In this document: piece by piece, positions 1 to 10,400 of the stretch | Numbering within the stretch: the stretch's first letter is position 1 | Layout of the letters: each line of letters begins with the position of its first letter | From: an uncultured Myxococcales bacterium | GTDB lineage: Bacteria > Myxococcota_A > UBA9042 | Length of the DNA stretch: 64,000 nucleotides | Direction of reading: 5' to 3' | Assembly: GCA_903919145.1 (NCBI GenBank) | Contig: CAIXGW010000139.1 | Span: 33,927 to 97,926, forward strand | Position numbers and translations under genes: made by a program | The notes under the pieces: model-generated | Seen by the model: the letters and a program-made list of their open reading frames with translations, nothing else | What the model was told of the DNA's origin: nothing | The model's database searches: none

Positions 1-212
1 GGAGCGGCAGCGGCCACCCGCAACGCCCACGCCGCCACCGAAAACCGCCCCAAAGACAACCACGCCATCGCGCCCTCCGCACCCAAAGCCGCCCTATGCT
101 AGCACAAACGCCAGCGCTGCAAGGGGGCAACGTTCAGAGCCCATAAGCCCCCCTGCCACGGCCAGTCTGGACGCAACCATCCCACAGCCCAGCAGCCAAC
201 TGCGGACTATTC

Positions 213-1925
213 CTACAGTTTCCTAATGCGCTGCGACGCCAGCAGCCTGCCGGCGTGGGCCAGCGCCGTGTCGCCTTGCCCTTCAACCGAGCCCAGCATA
301 CGCGCCAGCTCTTCCAGGCGGCCGGCTTCGTCTAGGACTTGCAGCTCAGAGCGGGTGCGGCCGCCGGCTTCGCGTTTGACGACCTGCACGTGGCAATCGG
401 CGGCGGCAGCCACCTGAGGCAGGTGCGAGATGCACAGCACCTGCTGGCGGGCGCCGATCTCGCCCAAAAACCGCCCAAGGACCAGCCCCGTGGTGCCTGA
501 TAGGCCGGCGTCCGCTTCGTCATAGACGGCCGTCGGCAGGTGAATGCCGCCGCCGGCCAGCTGGGCCTGGGACCACGCCGCATCGCCCAGGGCCCGCTGC
601 ACGGCCAGCAAAATCCGCGACAATTCACCGCCGGAAGCCACCTGGCGCAGCGGCCCGCCGGCCTCGCCCAGGTTGGCGCACAGGTAGAGCTCGGCCTCGT
701 CTAGCCCGGTGGCCCCCGCCAGCTCGCGCAGGGTCAGATCGACCCGCACCTGCGCAGAGGGCATGCCCAGCTGGCGCACCACCTCGGCAATTCGCTCGCC
801 AAGGGGCTGGGCCGCCAGCTGCCGCCGGGCACTGAGCTCGCGGGCCAGGGCCTGTAGATGAGCCTGCTGTTTGGCCAATTGCCGCTCGAGCTCGTCGATG
901 CGCAGCTCAGTGGTGTCTTGGTCCAGCTCGGCTGCGATGGCTTGCAGCTTGGCCAGCAGTGCTTCCTCTGAGCCGCCGTGCTTTTTGAGTCCGCGCAGCA
1001 GCTGGTCCTGTCGCTCGCTCAGGCGGCCCAGCTCGCGATCGTCGCGCGGCAAAGACCGCTGCCAGGCGCTGACGTCAAAGGCCAGATCCCCAGACAGGAC
1101 CTCGATTTCTTTGGCGCGATCGGCCAGCGCCCCCAGCCGATCGTCCACCGCGGCGAGGCGCCCCAGGCTGCGGGCTGCCTTGGCCGCCTGCTCGCCAATG
1201 CCACCGTCGCCTTCCAGCAGGGCTGCGACCTCGGCGCCCACCTGCAGCAGCTGGGCGTTGGCCTTGAGGGTCTTGATCCGCCCCTGAATCTCTGCCAATT
1301 CTCCGGGCTTGGGTCCCAGCTCGGCCAGCTCTTTGTGGACAAACCGCAAGTAGTCCAAGCGATCCGCCACCTGCCGCTGCCGCGCCTGCAGCCCTTCCAG
1401 CTCGGCGGCGGTGGTCCGCCACAGGCCATGGGCGCTCTCTACTTCTTGGCGCAGCGCGCCCTGGCCGCCAAAGCGGTCGAGCAGCTCCAGGTGCGCTGCC
1501 GGCTCCAGCAGCCGGTGCTGGGCGTGCTGAGCCGACAGATCGACCAGCGGAGTGGCCACTTGCTTGAGCTGCTGCGCTGTGACCAGCCGGCCGTTCAGCC
1601 AGCAGCGGCTCTTGCCGGCGCCCTTGCCGACCGTGCGCCGCAGCACCAGCGCGCCTTGATCGTCCAAAGGCACGCCAAGGTCACTGAGCAGAGCGAGCAC
1701 CAGCGGATCGACCACTTCGTCAAAAAGTGCTTCGACTTCGCAGAACTCTCTGCCGTGGCGCACCACTTTGTCGCTGCCGCGCCCCCCCAGCACCAGCGCC
1801 AGGGCGTCCAGCAGGATCGACTTGCCCGCGCCCGTCTCGCCCGTAATGGCGGTCAGGCCCGGACCCAGCGGGAGCTCGGCCGCTTCCAGGATCGCAAAAT
1901 CGGCAATGCGCAGGCAGGTCAGCAT
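213..1925 (-). CDS. recN: DNA repair protein RecN (SMC-like ATPase)
   Basis: 570 aa ORF. N-terminal Walker A region FAILEAAELPLGPGLTAITGETGAGKSILLDAL and the long coiled-coil middle with C-terminal ATPase half are typical of RecN. Lies 11 nt downstream of der in the same orientation. Confidence 0.9.
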   Translation of the reverse strand: MLTCLRIADFAILEAAELPLGPGLTAITGETGAGKSILLDALALVLGGRGSDKVVRHGREFCEVEALFDEVVDPLVLALLSDLGVPLDDQGALVLRRTVGKGAGKSRCWLNGRLVTAQQLKQVATPLVDLSAQHAQHRLLEPAAHLELLDRFGGQGALRQEVESAHGLWRTTAAELEGLQARQRQVADRLDYLRFVHKELAELGPKPGELAEIQGRIKTLKANAQLLQVGAEVAALLEGDGGIGEQAAKAARSLGRLAAVDDRLGALADRAKEIEVLSGDLAFDVSAWQRSLPRDDRELGRLSERQDQLLRGLKKHGGSEEALLAKLQAIAAELDQDTTELRIDELERQLAKQQAHLQALARELSARRQLAAQPLGERIAEVVRQLGMPSAQVRVDLTLRELAGATGLDEAELYLCANLGEAGGPLRQVASGGELSRILLAVQRALGDAAWSQAQLAGGGIHLPTAVYDEADAGLSGTTGLVLGRFLGEIGARQQVLCISHLPQVAAAADCHVQVVKREAGGRTRSELQVLDEAGRLEELARMLGSVEGQGDTALAHAGRLLASQRIRKL

Positions 1926-1936
1926 CGGTGGGCGCC

Positions 1937-3724
1937 TCAGCCAAAGTCGTCGTCGTCGCTGACCTTGGCGTTCAGGCGGGCGAACTCGTCGTCGTCGTCC
2001 GCGTCGTCCCAGTCGTCGCTCATGTCGTCGTCGTCGTCAAACAAGTCGGCGGGCGCCTGGGCCAGCACCTGCAGCCACGCCTCTTCGTCACCCGGCTGCG
2101 TCGCTGCGGCGGCGGCCACCTGGGCATCGGTCAGCTTCTTCTTCTTGCGCTGCGGCTTCTTGCGCAGCTCCAGCCGCACCGGTGATCCGGCGAAATCCCA
2201 CTCTTCGCGGATGCGCGAGATCAGGAAGCGCTCATAAGACGGCGAGATAGCGCCCAACAGATTGACCAGAATCACAAAGCGCGGCGGCCGCACAGACAGC
2301 TGGGCGCCGTAGCTCATCTTGAGCGAGCGCCCGCGGTACGTTGGCGGCTGCAGAATCTTTTGCTGCAGGCCGATCAAGAACTTGTTGAACTGGTGGGTCG
2401 GGATCCTCCGGTTAAAGGCCTCATAGGCTTGCAGCGCCGTGTCCAGCAGCTTTTCGACCCGCTGGCCGGTCTTGGCCGAGATAAATACCTTGGGGCAGTG
2501 CGCCACAAACGGCATAACCCGCTCAAGGTCTGCTTCATAGGCCAGCACGCTCTTGCCGTCTTTGCCCTCTACGGCGTCCCACTTGTTGATGGCGACTATG
2601 CAGGCGCGGCCGCGATCTTGCACCAGCGCGGCGATCTTGGCGTCCTGGTCGGCCAGCGGCTGGGTGGCGTCCAGCAGTACCACCGCCACGTGACTTCGCT
2701 CGATGGCGCGCACGGTTTGGCTCACCGAGTACTGTTCCACCGGGTCGTGGATCGAGCGCTTGCGGCGCAGGCCCGCGGTGTCGACCAGAACCATGTCGTT
2801 GTCTTTGTAGCTCAGCGGCACGTCAATGGAGTCGCGGGTGGTGCCCGGCATGTCGGCGGTAATGACCCGCTCGCTGCCCAGCAGCTTGTTGACCAGCGTG
2901 GACTTGCCGACGTTGGGCTTGCCAACAAAGCACACCCGCACCCTCTCTACGTGGCCACCGCGGACCACCTGGCGCTCCACGGGGCGGTCGTGATCGGGCT
3001 CGTTGTCCCAGCAGCCGCGCTCGGCCAGGGCTTGGGTCAGCGCCTCCTGCAGGTCCAAGAAGCCGCGGCCGTGCTCTGCCGCAATCGGGATCACGCTGTC
3101 AAAGCCCAGCGCATACATGGCCATGGCGTCGGCCTCTAGGCTTGGCGCATCGACCTTGTTGGCGACCAGGAACACCGGCTTCTTGGTGCGGCGCAGCACC
3201 AGCGCGATTTCCTCGTCGGCTGGCAGCAGGCCTTCGCGGGCGCAGGTCATAAAAATGATGGCCTCTGCCTGGCGGATCGCCACCTCGGCCTGGCGGCGCA
3301 TCAGCGGCAGCATGCCCTCTTTCTCGCTGGGCTCGAACCCACCGGTGTCAATCAGCACGATCTGGTGGTCGCCCAAGCGGGTCAACGCCTCTTGGCGATC
3401 GCGGGTCACGCCGGGCTTGTCAAACGTAATGGCGGTGCGCTCGCCGACCATGCGATTGAAAAGCGTGGACTTGCCCACATTGGGCCGCCCAACAATAGCC
3501 ACCAGCGGCGGCTGCCAATAGACTTCTTCTTCGACTTCGGCGGCTACTGCGGCGGGCGCAGCCTCTTGGACCTCTGGGGCCGGCCGCTCACTTCGCGCCT
3601 TCTCAAAAGCGCTAAGGGCGTCGGCCTCGATGACGTGAAAGCCAAGCGGCAGCTCTTCCATGTCCTGGTCTTCGTCGTGCTGGTCGTCCAAGTCGCGGGG
3701 CTTGGGGATCTCTGGGCTGGTCAT
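1937..3724 (-). CDS. der: Ribosome-biogenesis GTPase Der/EngA (double GTPase + KH-like domain) with acidic N-terminal extension and long C-terminal basic/poly-acidic tail
   Basis: Two G-domains (GRPNVGKSTLFNRM...DTGG and GKPNVGKSTLVNKLLG...DTAG), then a KH-like C-domain. Start chosen at ATG 3724, preceded by the strong SD CCAGGAGGCATCG; the ORF track extends to 3796. C-terminus ends ...KKPQRKKKKL...DDDDDMSDDWDDADDDDEF...DDDDFG. Confidence 0.85.
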   Translation of the reverse strand: MTSPEIPKPRDLDDQHDEDQDMEELPLGFHVIEADALSAFEKARSERPAPEVQEAAPAAVAAEVEEEVYWQPPLVAIVGRPNVGKSTLFNRMVGERTAITFDKPGVTRDRQEALTRLGDHQIVLIDTGGFEPSEKEGMLPLMRRQAEVAIRQAEAIIFMTCAREGLLPADEEIALVLRRTKKPVFLVANKVDAPSLEADAMAMYALGFDSVIPIAAEHGRGFLDLQEALTQALAERGCWDNEPDHDRPVERQVVRGGHVERVRVCFVGKPNVGKSTLVNKLLGSERVITADMPGTTRDSIDVPLSYKDNDMVLVDTAGLRRKRSIHDPVEQYSVSQTVRAIERSHVAVVLLDATQPLADQDAKIAALVQDRGRACIVAINKWDAVEGKDGKSVLAYEADLERVMPFVAHCPKVFISAKTGQRVEKLLDTALQAYEAFNRRIPTHQFNKFLIGLQQKILQPPTYRGRSLKMSYGAQLSVRPPRFVILVNLLGAISPSYERFLISRIREEWDFAGSPVRLELRKKPQRKKKKLTDAQVAAAAATQPGDEEAWLQVLAQAPADLFDDDDDMSDDWDDADDDDEFARLNAKVSDDDDFG

Positions 3725-3799
3725 CGATGCCTCCTGGGCATGGCGCGGCAGCTGCGCAGGCAGCGACGGCGGGGGCGGCGGCCGCAACGGCGGCAAAAG

Positions 3800-5338
3800 C
3801 TAATCGACCAGGTAGCCGAATTCGCGAAGTTTATCCAAGCGCTCGCTCCACGACGGCTCGATGCGCACATGGACTTCAAGAAACACTTTGCGTCCGCACA
3901 GCTGTTCCATCTGCAGCCGCGCCGCCGTGGCGATCTGCTTCATCCGCGAGCCCGCCTTGCCGACCAAGATGGCCCGCTGGGCCGGCCTCTCGACGTGGAC
4001 CACCACCTGGATGTGCGACAGATCCTCAAGCTCTTCATAGACCTCGGTCTCGCAGGCCACCCCATAGGGTACCTCTTCGCGGATCTGCAGAAACACCTGC
4101 TCGCGGACCAGCTCAGCCACCAAGTAGCGCAGCGGCCGGTCGGTCAATTCGTCAGGCGCAAAGGCCATTTCGCCCACGGGCAAGTAGCCTTCGATGGCGG
4201 TGATGAGCTGGCGCAGTCCGTCGGCTGTCCACGCGCTGACTGGCACCACCGGCCCGATGTGGGGGGCCGAATTCAGAGCCTGCATCACGGCAAGCAGGTG
4301 GCGCGGCTTGACCACGTCGATCTTGTTGAGGGCGACCATCCACTTGGTGGTGTGATCGAGGATCTGGCGGATGACGCGGCGGTCGCCTGGATGCAGGTGG
4401 TCGTCCAGGGGGATGCGCTTGGGCTTGGCCTTCTTCTCCGCCGCCTGGCCTTCAGCAGCCGCTGCTGCCGGCTCGGAGCTTTCTTCTGCGTCTTCGCTGT
4501 CTTCTTCGGCTTCTGGGCCGGTGGCGGGGCCCAAGCTGCCCGGCTGGCCACCGGCGGCAATCTGCAGCGCTCGCTGGCGATCAACTTCGGCGGCCCAGCG
4601 CGCGGCCTTGACGGCGTCGATGACCAGCACGACCACATCGACAGATTCCAGAGCCTCTACGGCCTGGCCGACCATGGCCCGGTTCAGTTGCGACCGCGCC
4701 TTGTGGATGCCCGGGGTGTCGATGAGGGCGATCTGGCTGCGCGGCGTGGTCAGGATGCCGCGCAGGTTGTCGCGGGTGGTCTGGGGCCGCGGGCTGACAA
4801 TCGAGAGCTTCTCTCCCAGCAGGCGGTTGGTCAGCGTGGACTTGCCGGCGTTGGGTTGCCCGGCCAGAGTCACGGCGCCACAGCGAAAACCCTCAGGACC
4901 AACGGGTTGATCTTGCAGATCTTCGTCTGACCAGGAGGTAGCGTGGTAGTCCGGCTCGTGGGGATGCTGCGGCGGCGCGACGGCAACCGGCGGCGCCGCG
5001 GCGGCCTTGGGGGCCGGCGCGCGCCCGCGCGGGTCGCTGGCTTGCGGCGCGCCACCGTTGGCTGGACGCTGATCCGCAGAGCGCGGCGCCTGAGGCGGGC
5101 GGCTCTGTGGTGCTGCGGGGCCGCCGCGACCCGGCTCGGCGGCGGGCGGCTGCCCCGCGGCGGGGCGGGGCCGCGCCGGCTTGCGGGCAGCTGCCGCGCG
5201 CGGATCGGCGGCGGCGCCATCGCCCTTGGGCAGAGGGTCGCGGATCTTGGAGCGGGTGCTGCCTTTTTCGCGCTTGGGGCGCGGCGGGCGTTGGCTGTCA
5301 AAGGGGGGGCGTCCACCGCGGTTCACGGCAATCTCCAA
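3800..5338 (-). CDS. era: GTPase Era (G domain + C-terminal KH domain); ORF carries a ~150 aa Pro/Ala/Arg-rich N-terminal extension (start uncertain) and an acidic insertion
   Basis: G1 motif AGQPNAGKSTLTNRLLG, G-domain, then KH domain (VVVHVERPAQRAILVGKAGSRMKQI). No in-frame ATG between ORF start (TTG at 5338) and the G domain, so the true start is uncertain. Acidic insert PEAEEDSEDAEESSEP... lies between the G and KH domains. Confidence 0.8.
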   Translation of the reverse strand: MEIAVNRGGRPPFDSQRPPRPKREKGSTRSKIRDPLPKGDGAAADPRAAAARKPARPRPAAGQPPAAEPGRGGPAAPQSRPPQAPRSADQRPANGGAPQASDPRGRAPAPKAAAAPPVAVAPPQHPHEPDYHATSWSDEDLQDQPVGPEGFRCGAVTLAGQPNAGKSTLTNRLLGEKLSIVSPRPQTTRDNLRGILTTPRSQIALIDTPGIHKARSQLNRAMVGQAVEALESVDVVVLVIDAVKAARWAAEVDRQRALQIAAGGQPGSLGPATGPEAEEDSEDAEESSEPAAAAAEGQAAEKKAKPKRIPLDDHLHPGDRRVIRQILDHTTKWMVALNKIDVVKPRHLLAVMQALNSAPHIGPVVPVSAWTADGLRQLITAIEGYLPVGEMAFAPDELTDRPLRYLVAELVREQVFLQIREEVPYGVACETEVYEELEDLSHIQVVVHVERPAQRAILVGKAGSRMKQIATAARLQMEQLCGRKVFLEVHVRIEPSWSERLDKLREFGYLVD

Positions 5339-5411
5339 GGGCGCGATCTAACGCGGCGCGGGCGAATCGAAAATAAGCGAGCAAGAACAGGCGTATAGGT
5401 CCAAATGGCGC

Positions 5412-7499
5412 TTATCTGCCCCGCCTGAGGGCGCACCAGTAGAACCCATCGGGACCAAAGCGCGCAAGGGGGTGAGAGGCCAGCCATGCGCCGTTGGCGG
5501 GGCCGATGCGCTCTTCTGCGACCTTGCTAAAGCCGGGCGCTGCCGCCAGAAAAGCTGCCACCACCCCTTCATTTTCGCGGCGCAGCAGGCTGCAGGTCGC
5601 GTAGATCAACCGACCACCGGCTTTGACGTGTTGGGCAGCGCGCAGCAGGATCGCCAGCTGCTGATCGGGAAAGCGCTCGACCCAAGAGCGGTCGATGTGC
5701 CAGCGCAGCTCTGGGTTGCGGCGCAGGGCCCCGGTGCTGCTGCAAGGCGCGTCTACCAGCACCGCATCGGCAGCGGCGACCAGATCCGCCAGGGGTTTCT
5801 CCAGCTTTTCCAGCACCCGGGTCTCTACGTGGACGTGGGCGCGCTCGGCCCGGCGCTTGCACTCGGCCAAGCGATCTGGGTGGGTATCGCAGGCGACCAG
5901 TCGGCCCTTGCCGCCCATGGCCGCGGCCAAAGCCAAGGTCTTGCCGCCGGCTCCCGCGCACCAGTCGATGACCGTCTCGCCGGGTTTGGCGGCGACGGCG
6001 GCGGCAATCCGCTGGCTGCCTTCGTCCTGGATCTCCAGCCGCCCGTCCTGGTAGGGCCGGGTGGCGGTGATCCGCGCCGGCTGAAGGGACCAAAGCGCAT
6101 GGTCCAAGCCGGGGATCGCCAGCGTGGCCAGGCCCTCTTCCAGCAGCTCGGCCGCCACTTGCGGGCGCTGGGCTCGGCTGGAGTGGACGCGCAGCGTCAG
6201 GGGGGCCCGCTGGTTGAGGTAGGCCATGGCAGCCCGCGAGTGGGCCGTCCCCAGCTCCTGGTCCAGCACCTGCACCAAGTCTGGGTGAAAGCCCAGCTGC
6301 ATGGCGGTCTTGTGAGGCTCTGGCAGGCTGCGCGCCGCAAAGGCAGCAGCCCGCAGGGCAACGGTCAGCTGCGAAGGCGCCGCCGGCCAGGTCGCAGCCA
6401 CGCCGGGATTGCGCTTGGCCAGGCCGTCAAGCGCGGTGCCCTCGCCCTTTTTCGCGGCGTCGCGCGGCTGGCCCGTGGCATCCAAGTCCCCCAGGGTCAA
6501 CAGGGCCGCCAGGCCGGCCATTTTGGAGGGCAAAGCCCTTGGATCTTGGGCAGTCTTGGGTGGAGGAGTGCCGCGCAGGGCCTGCACCGCCAGCGCCAAG
6601 TGATCCAAGCGGCGCAGGGCGTACCAGTGCAGCTCAGCAACAGCCTGGCGCTCTTTGCTGCCGAGCTGCGGATGCAAGCCCAGCGCCTGCTCCAGCGCTT
6701 GGTCGGCGTAGCGCAGTTCCTGGTCCAAAGACCGGCGCAGGGCTTCGCCCAGGGTCAGGATTCCCACTGGCCGCAGGTAAAGGGGCTTCTTCTCTTCCGC
6801 TGGGTCCGGGCGCAGCTGCAGGTAGGCCGCCAACCACGCCATGGCGCGTCCGCGGTGGCTGACGGCGTGCTTGGCGTGGGCGTCTGCTTCGGCGAAAGTC
6901 GCGCCCAGGTCATCGCTCAGAAATAGCGGGTCATAGCCAAAGCCGCCTTCGCCGCGCTCTTCCTTGAGCATCTGCCCGCGGGTCTGGCCAGCAAAGGCGC
7001 GCCACGGCAAGCCGCCCTCGCCGCGGCCGCACCCCGGGCCCTCCGCCAGCGGGCCGGCGAGGACCAAGGTGCACTCAAACCAAGCCGACCTATCGTCCGC
7101 CGTGGCCAGATCCCCTAGGAGTTTTGCCCGATTCAGGGCATCGACGCCGCTGCGATCGCGGTCAGGCGCGGCACCAGCCCAGCGGGCGCTGCGCACCCCT
7201 GGCCGGCCCTGGAGAGCGGTGACGCACAAGCCAGAGTCGTCCGCCAGTACGCTGGTGGTCAGGTCCCCGGCGGCGCGCAGGTGGCTGAGGGCCGAAAGGG
7301 CCTTCTTCAGGCTGTTGGCAAGGAAGGTGTCGCCATTTTCTTCTACCTCTGGCAGCGGCGTGCGCTTGGGGGCGGCCCACTGCGCTGGGCTGATCACCTC
7401 GACGCCAATGTCGAGGCACAGGGCGGTTAGCTCATCGATTTTTTTGCCGTTGCCGCTGGCAAGCAGCAGGCGTGGACGGGCAGGGGCTGGCGAGCTCAT
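5412..7499 (-). CDS. Fusion protein: N-terminal Ham1/RdgB-type non-canonical purine NTP pyrophosphatase (~240 aa) + C-terminal RsmB/Sun-type 16S rRNA m5C methyltransferase (NusB-like + NOL1/NOP2/Sun MTase)
   Basis: N-terminus LLLASGNGKKIDEL ... FGYDPLFLSDDLGATFAE...KHAVSHRGRA is the Ham1 signature. C-terminal half has the SAM-MTase motif VIDWCAGAGGKT, catalytic VLVDAPCSSTGALRRNPE and GGRLIYATCSL (RsmB). One continuous 695 aa ORF. Its ATG at 7499 overlaps the S8 protease stop (ATGA). Confidence 0.75.
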   Translation of the reverse strand: MSSPAPARPRLLLASGNGKKIDELTALCLDIGVEVISPAQWAAPKRTPLPEVEENGDTFLANSLKKALSALSHLRAAGDLTTSVLADDSGLCVTALQGRPGVRSARWAGAAPDRDRSGVDALNRAKLLGDLATADDRSAWFECTLVLAGPLAEGPGCGRGEGGLPWRAFAGQTRGQMLKEERGEGGFGYDPLFLSDDLGATFAEADAHAKHAVSHRGRAMAWLAAYLQLRPDPAEEKKPLYLRPVGILTLGEALRRSLDQELRYADQALEQALGLHPQLGSKERQAVAELHWYALRRLDHLALAVQALRGTPPPKTAQDPRALPSKMAGLAALLTLGDLDATGQPRDAAKKGEGTALDGLAKRNPGVAATWPAAPSQLTVALRAAAFAARSLPEPHKTAMQLGFHPDLVQVLDQELGTAHSRAAMAYLNQRAPLTLRVHSSRAQRPQVAAELLEEGLATLAIPGLDHALWSLQPARITATRPYQDGRLEIQDEGSQRIAAAVAAKPGETVIDWCAGAGGKTLALAAAMGGKGRLVACDTHPDRLAECKRRAERAHVHVETRVLEKLEKPLADLVAAADAVLVDAPCSSTGALRRNPELRWHIDRSWVERFPDQQLAILLRAAQHVKAGGRLIYATCSLLRRENEGVVAAFLAAAPGFSKVAEERIGPANGAWLASHPLARFGPDGFYWCALRRGR

Positions 7500-10400
7500 T
7501 CGGCGCTCCGCACGGGTAGGGTGAGCAGGAGGGTGCGGCCGTCGTCGCCCAGCAATTCCACGCGACCGTGAACGCGAAATCCCTTGGGCGGCTGCGGCAA
7601 TGGGTCAGCGGCGCTGATGGTCCAGCGGCTGCTCTGGTAGGGGTACAGCTGAAGGTGGGCGCCAGCTTCGCCCGGTCCTTTGACCTGCAGCGCCACCGGC
7701 TTGGCCAAGATCAGCCGCTCTTTGATGTTGATTTTCCAGGGGTCCTTGCGAACTTTGGCAAAGCCGGCAGAGACTTCCAGGGTGTAGCGGCCTTCGGCGC
7801 CCTTGCGGCTCCAGCGCAGCTCGGCCCGCGGCGATCCAAAGGCCGATTCCGCCACAACTTCTCCGGCAGCGTCGCGTACGGCCACCGCCACATCGGTGCA
7901 GGTGTCGTAGAGGCGTCGGTCCAAGGTCAGCACCACCTCAGCAGAGCTGACGGCTGGCCCCAGCGTGATGGGGTGGCTCAGCTTGTCGGTCTCGGCCTTG
8001 ATCTCTTGGCTGCGCTCCCAAGCGTCAAGCTGGCCGCGGGCCGTGCCGCGCAAAACCGCCGCCCCGTGCTGGACCAGCTGGACCTTGGCCGTGGGTGCCC
8101 CGCCTGACTCCGCAGCCAGCTCGGCGCGGCCCTTCTGGGCCACCGTGCCAAAGCGAACTTCGACGTCAAAGACGCTCTCTTCGCCGGGCGCTATCCACGC
8201 TGAGGCCGTCAATTCCCAAACGCCCGGCGTCAATTCCTCGCCCTGGGCCAGCCACTCGGCATCGGTGCCATCTTTGCTGCTGGCCCAGCGCTTGACGGGT
8301 CGCTGGCGGCTGCCCTCTGGGTCGTACAGGGCCAGCGCCACCTGGCTGTGCAGGCTGCCGCGGCGCTTGAGGGTCACCACCGCCTGCTGGGCGCCGGCCG
8401 GCACGGCGATCGGCAACCGCCACACCTTGCCAGCCCGCAGCTTGACGCCCTCCCAGCGGTGCGCGTAGCCCTCTGCCGGGCTCGCCTCCCAAGGCACCAC
8501 CACGGTGACCTGGTGCACAAAGCTCGCTTCGTCTTCTGCAGCCCCCGGGTCGCGCGCCGTCAGCCGGCCGACGTAGACGCCGGGGGCCTTGAGCTTGGCT
8601 GGCAAAATCCGTACTTCAAAGGGGCTTTCTCGCTCGCCGCGCACCTGCAGCCGCGGGCGCAGGACCTGCAGCCAGTCAGCCTGGCTCTCTATGTCCAGCA
8701 CCTGGGCGAATTGGCCGCGCTGGTCGGCGCTCCAGCCCGATGGCAGGTATGCCTTCACATCAACAAAGAAAACCGCGGGATTATCGCTTTGCCAACCGGC
8801 GCGCAGGTAGGTGGCGGGCATGGTCTCCCCGTCGCCGCGCGGGGCATGGCTGGCCTGGTTCCAGCCAAGCACTTTGGACTCTGGCCGCTTGACCAGCCGC
8901 CGACCCAGGGCGATGGCCGCCGGCACGTCGATCATGCCGTGGCCCTGATCCAGCGGGCTGTAGCCAGCCAGTGGCCGGGCGCTGAACTGCAAGGCCCGCC
9001 GCACGATGCCGCTGTGCAGGCCGCGATCCAAGGCGCCGCTGCCATTGCTAGGGCCGTCTTGCAGCAGCGCTGCCCACACCAGCAGCATGGCGCCCGCGGC
9101 TTGCGGCGAGGCCATCGAGGTGCCCTGCTTGATCTCGTGGCCATCCCACACCGGGACCGAGGCGCTGGCTGCGCCTGGCGCGACCACCTCTGGTTTGGCC
9201 AGCTCGCCGCCGCGCGAGCTGAAGTTGAATAGCTCGGTCTGGTCCAGGCGGCCGCCATAAAGCGACGCGACCGCCTCTTTGGGCAGGGCCGCGCCAATGG
9301 CCATCGCCAGATCGGCTGCCGCTGGCGAGCCCACAGAGCTGAGGCCGGGCCCCTCGTTGCCGGCAGAAAAAGCGATGGTCAGCAGCGGGAATTCCTGAAC
9401 CAGCCGATCGACCTCGCGGTCCAGGTCTCCCTTGCCCTCGGTGCCGGCGGGGATGCCGTAAGAGGCGTTGACCACCACCGGCAGGCCGTGGCTGCGCGAC
9501 CACTCGCCGGCGTAGCGCAGAGCCTTGGCAAAAGCTCCGGTGGGAGTGGCGCCGCCAGAGCGGGCATTGTGGCCGATCTTGAGCGACAAAATCTGCGCGC
9601 CCGGGGCCACGCCATCCCACCCTTGGCGGCCAAACATTTGATAACCGGCGATAATTCCGGCCACATGGGTGCCGTGGCTGCCGTCGGTGAAGTGCAGCTG
9701 AGCGGTACTGGTGGCCCACGCCGGCTCAAAGGCGAGGCTCAGCTGTGTCGCCACCTTGGTCCCAGCCGGCTGGGGCGCCAGCAGTAGCTCTTGGGCCACG
9801 CGGTACGGCCGCACGCTGGGCTCTTCGGCCAAGTCGCCGTCACCATCCCAGTCGATCGCCAGCCGGGCGTCCATGGGCCCGCTGCCGGTGCGCCAGACGA
9901 CCACGGTCAGCTCGCCGTCATCGCGGCCATCTTTGTTGAGGTCGCGCAATTTCTCTGGACCAATGGATTTTTCGCGGAAACTGCCGATCCACCACTGGCC
10001 GTCAGCCGCAGCCGGCAGCTTGCCGACCGCCGCGGTCTTGCCGTTGGTGAGCAACGCGACCTGATCGGCGCCGCTGCCGCTCAAAGCCGCTGGCTGCAGG
10101 GTCACATCGCCTTGCCCAGAAAAATCGAGGGCTTCAATCACTTTTGGACGACCGTCGCTGGTGCGCTGCAAGCCCTGAGCTAGCGGATCGACGCCGGTGT
10201 CCAGGACGGCCACCACCAAGCCGCGACCATCCAGCTTTGGAAATTGCTGGATTTGGCTGCGGGCGCGCATTGCTTCGGCGGGCAGGTAGTCGCCCCAGGT
10301 CTGGCTCTGAGCGCTGGCAGGGGCAGCTGCTGGCGCCGCAGCTGCAGCTTGGGCCTGGGCCGCCGCGGGCGTCAGAGCCGTTGCACACAGCGTGATGGCA

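Noticed and set aside
1-212. Possible 3' end of an upstream plus-strand gene (frame 1 open until TAG at ~100) and any terminator downstream of recN
   Set aside because: It is too short and featureless to assign, and no clear hairpin is present.
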